This document shows positions 57,462 through 64,000 of a stretch of 64,000 bases of DNA, piece after piece. Location of the stretch: the NCBI GenBank assembly GCA_030688605.1, contig JAUYJB010000070.1:18652-82651 (forward strand), in the 5' to 3' direction. Both the position numbers and the translations under genes were made by a program. Positions within the stretch are counted from its first letter, which is position 1. Each line of letters starts with the position of its first letter. The notes under the pieces were generated by a model. That model did not search any database. It was not told the DNA's origin and was given only the letters and a program-made list of their open reading frames with translations. Origin of the DNA: Hyphomicrobiales bacterium. GTDB taxonomy: Bacteria > Pseudomonadota > Alphaproteobacteria > Rhizobiales > NORP267.

Positions 57462-59617
57462 GGCCCGTCGGTGCTCCCTTGCGAGGGCGGCTTTCTCTCC
57501 CGGTGCCGCATGATGGCGGCAACGATGTTGGAATAATCATCGCTCCAGGCCCGGACGGGGTTGGCGGGATCGGTCTTGAGCGGCTCCCAGCCCGCATCCA
57601 GGAATTGCCATATGTCCTCCGGCGAGCGGGCCAGCACAACGGCCTCGGAGGAGGTGCGCATCGCCCTCGTTTCCTCAGCGCCCCGCAGGTCGACCCGCGC
57701 CGCCCCCGCCAGGTTCTCCTCATCGGCGATGGCGGCAAGGACGCTGCGCAGCTCGACGTAACGGTTGGAGATGTTCAACACGACAATGCCGCCGGGAACG
57801 AGCTTGGTGAAATAGCCGGCGATCGCTTCACGCGTTATGAGATGAACCGGGACGGCGTCGGAGGAAAAGGCATCCATAACTAGCACGTCGAAGCTCCGGT
57901 CCGGCTCGCGCATGACCGTGAGACGGGCATCCCCGACGATGATGGGCGCGTCCGGCGTGCAGGCGGACAGGAAGGTGAAATAGCGGGGATCGGTGGCGAC
58001 GCGGATGACCGCCGGGTCGATCTCGTAAAAGTGCCATTTGTCGCCTTCCGCCGCGTAACAGGCCAGGCTGCCGACGCCAAGCCCAACAATGCCGACGCTC
58101 ATCGGCCGGCCGAGCCGCTCGCGGTGGCCGGTGATGGCGGTGGCAATCGGACCTTGCGGGGTGAAATAGGTCAAAGGCTCGGGCCGGGCTGAGCCCGTCA
58201 GCACGTCGGCGCTGCGTTCGGCGCCATGCAGGATCGTGCCGTGGGTCAGCGTCCGAAAGGCCCTGTCCGGGGTGAGCGAAACGGTGACGACCCCGAAGAA
58301 GCTGCGGTCGCGCTCAAGGACGCGAATCGAACCCGTCCACAGCGCCAAGGCGGCAACCATCCCGAAGAGAACCAAGACCAGCGGCCGATGCCGGATCATG
58401 GCCCGCATTTCCGGCAGGGCCAAGAGGGCGGCGGCGACCAGCAACGGATATTCCAGGACCGTGGTGAAGATGAGCGGCGACAGCAGAGTCGTGAACGCGC
58501 CGCCAAGGACGCCGCCGATCGACATCGACAGGTAGAACTCGGTCAGGTGGGAGGCGTCCGGCCGGCGGGCGACGAGCTCTCCGTGGCAGACCATGGCGGC
58601 GACGAAGAAAGCGGTCAGATGGATGGCCGTTTCGGCGACGATGCCAAGCCGAATATGGCCATACAGCAATGCAAGCACGGCGATCACCGTGATCGGCAGC
58701 GACAGGCGCATCCACCGATGCGGCAGAATCGGCCGGCGCTGGAAGGTGATGACGAAGGTCAACAGATAGAGCGCCAGCGGCACGACCCACAGGAATGGCG
58801 CCGCGGCGACATTGGTCGAGATGTGCGCGGTGACCGCGACCAGCAAACCGGAGGGAACGGACGCCAGGGCGATCCATCTCAATCTGGAGGCAGCCGTCGG
58901 CGCCGGCCGCGAGGCGGCGTCCGCCGCAGCACCCCTTTGCAGCTCCCCTGCCCAACCGTCCGCATGGGAGCGGGCATTCAGACCGCAGACGGCGACGCCG
59001 GCGCACAGCGCGACATAGCCGGCGATCCACATTTGCGACTGCTCGCCAACGCCGAAGGCGGGCTCGAACAGAACCGGATAGGACAGCAGCGCGAAGAAGC
59101 TGCCGAGATTGCTCGCCCCATAGAGGAAATAGGGATCGTGGGCGTGGCGGTGTCGGGTCCTGGAAAACCAGGCCTGAAGCAGCGGCGCATTGGCCGAGAC
59201 GGCAAAGAAGGGCGCGCCGATCGAGACGAAGAACAGCGCCAGCAGCCAGAAGGCAACGCCTGATTCCGGGGGCTGGTTGAAGCCGGATGCGATCCGGAAC
59301 GGCAGCCAGAAGACGGCGACCGCCAGCACCGCGACGTGGACGAGAAGGCCACGGGCCAGGCCGACAAACCGCACCAGGGCGTGCGCATAGGCGTAGCCGG
59401 CCAGCAACATGGCCTGGAAGAACACCATGGCGACCGACCACACCGCCGGCGTGCCGCCAAGGCGCGGCAGGACCATCTTGGCGAACAGCGGCTGCACCGA
59501 GAACAGCAGAAGCGCGCTCAAAAACAGGGTCGCGCCGAACAACAGCAGCGTTCCGACATATTTCGCCGGACGCGCGCCTCCGGCGAGCGCCCGAGTTTGC
59601 TCCCCCTGTATCGACAT
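57458..59617 (-). CDS. Fused multi-TM / spermidine-synthase-like SAM methyltransferase-fold protein
   Basis: About 13 TM segments, then GIVGLGVGSL...YEIDP...GDARL...DAFSSDAVPVHLITRE; start ATG 59617. Confidence 0.9.
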   Translation of the reverse strand: MSIQGEQTRALAGGARPAKYVGTLLLFGATLFLSALLLFSVQPLFAKMVLPRLGGTPAVWSVAMVFFQAMLLAGYAYAHALVRFVGLARGLLVHVAVLAVAVFWLPFRIASGFNQPPESGVAFWLLALFFVSIGAPFFAVSANAPLLQAWFSRTRHRHAHDPYFLYGASNLGSFFALLSYPVLFEPAFGVGEQSQMWIAGYVALCAGVAVCGLNARSHADGWAGELQRGAAADAASRPAPTAASRLRWIALASVPSGLLVAVTAHISTNVAAAPFLWVVPLALYLLTFVITFQRRPILPHRWMRLSLPITVIAVLALLYGHIRLGIVAETAIHLTAFFVAAMVCHGELVARRPDASHLTEFYLSMSIGGVLGGAFTTLLSPLIFTTVLEYPLLVAAALLALPEMRAMIRHRPLVLVLFGMVAALALWTGSIRVLERDRSFFGVVTVSLTPDRAFRTLTHGTILHGAERSADVLTGSARPEPLTYFTPQGPIATAITGHRERLGRPMSVGIVGLGVGSLACYAAEGDKWHFYEIDPAVIRVATDPRYFTFLSACTPDAPIIVGDARLTVMREPDRSFDVLVMDAFSSDAVPVHLITREAIAGYFTKLVPGGIVVLNISNRYVELRSVLAAIADEENLAGAARVDLRGAEETRAMRTSSEAVVLARSPEDIWQFLDAGWEPLKTDPANPVRAWSDDYSNIVAAIMRHRERKPPSQGSTDGP

Positions 59618-59670
59618 ATCCCAACCTGACTTGTTCGACCGACAGCGCCGGAAGGGGTAGCAACAAGGTC

Positions 59671-60147
59671 TTAAGATTTGACTTCTTCCAAGCGTTTCCT
59701 CTTGCCGTAAAGGCGGTCGGCGCGGGCCTCGAAGGCGTCGACGAATTTGCGGAAGGCGCGGTCGAACACGGCGCCGGCGACGAGCTGCAGGGTGCGGCTG
59801 TGGAACTGATAGGCGATGAAGAAGCGCACCTTGCACGCCTTCGGGCCGAGCGGCTCGAACGACCAGCGGTTCTTCAGGTCGCGAAACGGGCCGTCGATAT
59901 ACTGGACCAGGATCTCGCTGCGCTCCGGCAACAGCGTGGTGCGGGTGGTGAAGGTCTCGTGGAATGCCTTGTAGGCGACGGTCATGGCGCACAGCATCTC
60001 TTCGCCGCCGGCGATCTTCCGCCGCCTCGAGACCCGCATTCCGGCGCACAGCGGCACGAATTCAGGATAGCGCTCGACGTCGGCGACGAGCGCGAACATG
60101 TCGTCGGCCGAATGCGCGACCCTGCGGACGGTGTCGAAGCTCTTCAT
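59671..60147 (-). CDS. ratA: RatA/Coq10 SRPBCC (START) family protein
   Basis: MFALVADVERYPEFVPLC...GPFRDLKNRWSF...AFEARA. Confidence 0.92.
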   Translation of the reverse strand: MKSFDTVRRVAHSADDMFALVADVERYPEFVPLCAGMRVSRRRKIAGGEEMLCAMTVAYKAFHETFTTRTTLLPERSEILVQYIDGPFRDLKNRWSFEPLGPKACKVRFFIAYQFHSRTLQLVAGAVFDRAFRKFVDAFEARADRLYGKRKRLEEVKS

Positions 60148-60166
60148 GAGATCGCCGCCCGCCGCC

Positions 60167-61129
60167 TCACCGAGGCCGGCTGGCGCGTGCCGCCTTGAGC
60201 TTGGCGAAATTCTCGCCGGCATGGTGCGAGGAGCGGGTCAGCGGGCTCGCCGCCACCATGAGAAAGCCCTTGGCGTAGGCGATGGTTTCATAGGCCTTGA
60301 ATTCCTCCGGCGTGACGAAGCGCGCGACCGGATGGTGCCGCCGGGTCGGCTGCAGATACTGGCCCATGGTCAGGAAATCGACCTCGGCGCTTCTGAGATC
60401 GTCCATCACCTGGAGCACCTCGTTTCGCGTCTCGCCGAGCCCGACCATGATGCCGGACTTGGTGAACATCTTCGGGTCGAGATCCTTGACCTTCTGCAGC
60501 AGGCGGATCGAGTGGAAATAGCGCGCGCCGGGCCTGACGGCCAGGTAGTGCGAGGGCACCGTCTCCAGATTGTGGTTGAAGACGTCGGGCCGCGCCTCAA
60601 CGACGGCCTCGATGGCACCTTCCTTGCGCAGGAAATCGGGGGTCAGCACCTCGATGGTGGTTTCCGGGCAGCGCGCCCTGATGGCGCCGATGACGGCGGA
60701 AAAATGCGCCGCCCCGCCATCGTCAAGATCGTCGCGGTCGACCGAGGTGACCACCACATGGGCAAGGCCGAGCCGGGCGGTCGCCTCGGCGACCTTGGCC
60801 GGCTCCTCCTCGTCGAGGGGGCCGGGAAGGCCGGTGCGCACATTGCAGAAGGCGCAGGCGCGGGTGCAGGTGTCGCCCATGATCATGAAGGTCGCGTGCT
60901 TTTTCGACCAGCATTCGCCGATATTCGGGCAGCTCGCCTCCTCGCACACCGTCACCAGCGCGTTGTCGCGCATGACCCGCTCGGTCTCGCGGTAGACCGC
61001 CGAGCCCGGCGCCCTGACGCGGATCCAGGCCGGTTTGCGCAACAGCGGCGTCTCCGGCCGGTTGACCTTTTCCGGATGGCGCGGGCGCGCCTCGGCGCGC
61101 TTTGCAGTCGTGTCGAGCACGGTGACCAT
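60167..61129 (-). CDS. lipA: Lipoyl synthase
   Basis: [12 protein letters not shown]; CTRACAFC; RSSHHA. Confidence 0.97.
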   Translation of the reverse strand: MVTVLDTTAKRAEARPRHPEKVNRPETPLLRKPAWIRVRAPGSAVYRETERVMRDNALVTVCEEASCPNIGECWSKKHATFMIMGDTCTRACAFCNVRTGLPGPLDEEEPAKVAEATARLGLAHVVVTSVDRDDLDDGGAAHFSAVIGAIRARCPETTIEVLTPDFLRKEGAIEAVVEARPDVFNHNLETVPSHYLAVRPGARYFHSIRLLQKVKDLDPKMFTKSGIMVGLGETRNEVLQVMDDLRSAEVDFLTMGQYLQPTRRHHPVARFVTPEEFKAYETIAYAKGFLMVAASPLTRSSHHAGENFAKLKAARASRPR

Positions 61130-61254
61130 GATAGCCAGCTTTCCGCGGGCCGTCGGTGCGGCCCAACGGTTGGTATGTAACGCTTTTTTCCGCGATTCCA
61201 AATAGACGTTCGGCCGAGCCCCGCGCTGAATTCGCGGCCGCGCGGGGACCGGGC

Positions 61255-61533
61255 CTAAGCTTGCGCCTGCTCCGCCTCCCGGCGGGCAAGCTCCGCCAGC
61301 AGCGCCTTACGGATGACGGGCAGCCTGTGCTGATATCGCCGCGTGTAGCGCAGGATGCACGGCACCTCCCTGGGCGCGCGGAAACGGGCGCGGCGGCACG
61401 CCGGCTTTTCGCGGATCGTCGGAAGCCGCAGGACCTGGGTGGCAAAGCGGCGCCACGCGTCAAAGCGCCGCTCTTCGTTCAACTCGCCGGGATCCGAATG
61501 CGGCCTGGAATCGGCTTGCGATTTACGGGGCAT
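61255..61533 (-). CDS. Hypothetical basic protein (92 aa)
   Basis: AAAGGAG RBS 5 nt before the ATG; no recognised domain. Confidence 0.55.
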   Translation of the reverse strand: MPRKSQADSRPHSDPGELNEERRFDAWRRFATQVLRLPTIREKPACRRARFRAPREVPCILRYTRRYQHRLPVIRKALLAELARREAEQAQA

Positions 61534-61651
61534 GAAAACTCCTTTGGTTGCGTCGTTTCAGTTCCTTCCGGTCGTCCTCTCGTCGGCTTCCTCCCCTTCT
61601 CGCCTGGTTTTTTGGTTCCGGTCGCGCCTGCGGCGCTCCCCGCCTTTTGTT

Positions 61652-61752
61652 GTCATCCCGGCTGCGGCGAAGCGAAAAGCCGGGATCCAGTAATTCCCGG
61701 CGTCAATGATCGGGCTCGGCGGATACTGGGTCACCCGGTTAGACCGGGTGAC
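61652..61752. repeat. REP-like doublet (alphaproteobacterial GTCATCCCGG type)
   Basis: GTCATCCCGGC...GCCGGGATCCAGTA and TACTGGGTCACCCGG-TTAGA-CCGGGTGAC hairpins. Confidence 0.75.
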
Positions 61753-61810
61753 GGCGACTGAGGGTTGATCGAAGCCGTGCCCTCCCTCCTCCGTCGTTGT
61801 TGCCGGCGCG

Positions 61811-62989
61811 CTAAGCCCCCTGAACGCCCCGCGGCGTAAACCCGAACAGATGCTCGGCGAGCGCCAGCAGGGCCGCGCCGACGCCGAGGATCAGGAGCAG
61901 AAGCACGATGGGGAAGCCGATCAGGGGCAGAAGCCCGACGGCGGAAACGAGGACGACTCCGATCAGGAGACTGGCGAGCCGGCGCAGGGCGCCCGATTGG
62001 CCCGCCGCGGCCGGCAGGAGCTTGTTGCCGATCGCGGCGCCGACGATGCCGTGGCCGAGAAGGGCGAGCAAGGGGAAGCCCATGGACAGGAACAGGCCGA
62101 GCGGCGCGGCGACGACGATGACGATCAGCACGACGGCGACGACCGGCCCGCCGATGGCGGCGACAAGGCCGTTCGCCAGCGCCAGGCCCGGCCGGCTGAC
62201 GAGCGCGCCGGTTGCCGTCGCCATGACCACGGGGGCGAGGAACATCGCCGCCGCGGCGACGACGAAGGCGCTGACCGCGAAAACGAACGAGACGGTGCCG
62301 CGCAGGCCCCAGTCGCGCCCCGGCGCCCCAGGCGGCTCGGGCAGGCTGACGGTCAGCCGGCCTCCGATTTTCGCCCCCGGCGCGACCTCGGGGCTACCGA
62401 TCATGCGCACCGTCACGTCGCCGTCGATGCGGGCGCCGTCGGCGATCCTGACGATGCGGCCGGTGAGGGTCACCGGGCCGGTCGCGGTGCCGGAAAAGGT
62501 GACCTCGTCGGCGGCGATCGCCAGGGCGCCGCTGGCGCCGCCGCGGAATTCGACAAGAGCGCCGATGATGCGCGAGCCGTCGCCCATCCTCGCTTCGTCA
62601 GAGATGGAGACGGTCGCGCCGACCGCGTGCAGGTCCTGAGCCACGGCGCCGGCGACATCGACCGCGGCGCCGACGATCCAGGCGTCCTGGCCGACCGAGC
62701 CGCGCAAGACGACCCGGCCGCCGACGGCCACCAGATCCTCCGCGACGTCCATGTCGACCTCGACATCGCCGCCGACGATCCACACGTCCCGCCCGGCCGC
62801 GCCAAGGGCGCTGACCTGGCCGCCGAGCGCCCACACGTCCTCCTGGCCGTCGGCGGCGACGTTGAGGCGGGCGCCAAGCCGGACGATGGATTCCTGCGCC
62901 GCCGCCGCGCCGGCATCGAAAAGAACCGCCAGCCCGGCGATCAGGGCGAGCGCCCGGGCACCGGCGCGGATATCAAGTGGCCCGATCAT
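61811..62989 (-). CDS. Secreted beta-helix-repeat (bactofilin-like) protein with multi-TM C-terminus
   Basis: Signal peptide; repeated (D)xWxxGGxVxxxGxV motifs; five to six C-terminal TM segments. Confidence 0.75.
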   Translation of the reverse strand: MIGPLDIRAGARALALIAGLAVLFDAGAAAAQESIVRLGARLNVAADGQEDVWALGGQVSALGAAGRDVWIVGGDVEVDMDVAEDLVAVGGRVVLRGSVGQDAWIVGAAVDVAGAVAQDLHAVGATVSISDEARMGDGSRIIGALVEFRGGASGALAIAADEVTFSGTATGPVTLTGRIVRIADGARIDGDVTVRMIGSPEVAPGAKIGGRLTVSLPEPPGAPGRDWGLRGTVSFVFAVSAFVVAAAAMFLAPVVMATATGALVSRPGLALANGLVAAIGGPVVAVVLIVIVVAAPLGLFLSMGFPLLALLGHGIVGAAIGNKLLPAAAGQSGALRRLASLLIGVVLVSAVGLLPLIGFPIVLLLLILGVGAALLALAEHLFGFTPRGVQGA

Positions 62990-63010
62990 GTTCCAGGTCC
63001 AGCCGGCCGA

Positions 63011-63265
63011 TCAAAGGCGGCCGCGAATGGCCTTCCACAGATAGAGGAAGATGATGGCGCCGACGGTGGCGACGATGAGCGTACCCCAAAAGCCCGGGGC
63101 GATCTGCAGCCCCAGAGTGTTGGCGAGAAAGCCGCCGACGAAGGCGCCGATGACCCCAACGACGAGATTGGTGATGAGGCCGTGGTCGCTCGCCGTCACC
63201 TTCTCGGCGATATAGCCGGCAATCAGGCCGATTACGAGCATTCCGATGATTCCGACCGTCCCCAT
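63011..63265 (-). CDS. GlsB/YeaQ/YmgE (transglycosylase-associated) membrane protein
   Basis: IGLIAGYIAEK...GLITNLVVGVIGAFVGG...ATVGAIIFL. Confidence 0.92.
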   Translation of the reverse strand: MGTVGIIGMLVIGLIAGYIAEKVTASDHGLITNLVVGVIGAFVGGFLANTLGLQIAPGFWGTLIVATVGAIIFLYLWKAIRGRL

Positions 63266-63312
63266 GTCCTTCTCCCTTCGCGGTTCGTGAAGCCCCGTCT
63301 ATATGGGCCCGT

Positions 63313-64000
63313 CTACATATGGATGACGCGGCCATAGGCGTCGAGCACGCTCTCATGCATCATCTCCGACAGGGTCGGGTGCGGGAAGATGGCGTGCATC
63401 AGCTCCTGCTCGGTGGTCTCCAGGTTCATGGCGACGACAAAGCCCTGGATCAGCTCGGTGACCTCGGCGCCGACCATATGGGCGCCGAGAAGCTGGCCCG
63501 TCGCCGCATCGAATATGGTCTTGACCAGGCCCTGGTCCTCGCCGAGCGCGATCGCCTTGCCGTTGGCGAGAAACGGGAAACGGCCGACCTTGACCTGATG
63601 GCCTTGCTCCCTGGCGCGCTTCTCGGTGAGGCCGACCGAGGCGATCTGCGGCCGGCAATAGGTGCAGCCGGGAATCTTCAGCTTGTCGACCGGGTGAACG
63701 TCGGCGAGCCCCGCGATCTTCTCGACGCAGACGACGCCCTCATGCGAGGCCTTGTGGGCGAGAAGCGGCGGGCCGGCGACGTCGCCGATGGCGTAGACGC
63801 CGGCTACGTTGGTGCGGCCGAAGCCGTCGGCGACGACGACGCCGTTGGCCGTCTTCACGCCGAGGGCCTCCAGGCCGATATCCTCCACATTGCCGACAAC
63901 TCCGACGGCGGAGATCATCCGTTCCGCGGCGATCTGCTGCGTCTTGCCCTTGGCTTCCTCGACGGTCGCTGTCAGGCCGTTCTTGACCTTGTCGACCGAT
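63313..64000 (-). CDS. lpdA: Dihydrolipoamide dehydrogenase, 3' part
   Basis: YAIGDVAGPPLLAHKASHEG; HPTLSE. Confidence 0.95.
   Translation of the reverse strand, partial: SVDKVKNGLTATVEEAKGKTQQIAAERMISAVGVVGNVEDIGLEALGVKTANGVVVADGFGRTNVAGVYAIGDVAGPPLLAHKASHEGVVCVEKIAGLADVHPVDKLKIPGCTYCRPQIASVGLTEKRAREQGHQVKVGRFPFLANGKAIALGEDQGLVKTIFDAATGQLLGAHMVGAEVTELIQGFVVAMNLETTEQELMHAIFPHPTLSEMMHESVLDAYGRVIHM

Noticed and set aside
59671-60147. RatA as part of a toxin-antitoxin system
   Set aside because: No partner gene; conserved housekeeping position beside lipA fits a Coq10-like role

Overview
GC-rich alphaproteobacterial (Hyphomicrobiales-like) chromosomal window. 1-6.5 kb: a sulfur-oxidation mini-operon (soxY-soxZ-cytochrome c-flavocytochrome c flavoprotein, running off the left edge), then a decayed zone (IS3 remnant truncating a PRC-barrel gene, internally deleted aldo/keto reductase, CocE/NonD hydrolase, N-truncated LivG plus LivF). 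6.7-15.8 kb: a reduced 2-aminobenzoyl-CoA/salicylyl-CoA catabolic operon with a palindromic operator, then a heterodimeric ABC exporter. 16-26.5 kb: a general-stress-response island (phyR, nepR, ecfG, HWE kinase) surrounded by small secreted and membrane proteins; nine GGAAC-N16/17-xGTT-like promoters were found by eye (one at 3 kb). 27-64 kb: mostly housekeeping genes (trkH, panC, fatty-acid oxidation enzyme, tRNA-Ser, rlpA-dacA-tmk-holB-metG-tatD, mazG, hflX-hfq, trkH-trkA, ntrXYCB without dusB, ispDF-cinA, ratA, lipA, partial lpdA). The most unusual feature is two tandem 131-bp tRNA-Ser(UGA)-derived structured units in the 5' leader of the intact tRNA-Ser. Second is a set of three CTAG-bounded MITE families whose ends coincide with TAG stop codons in four cases. 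All protein family calls are from motif recognition by eye; no database search was run.
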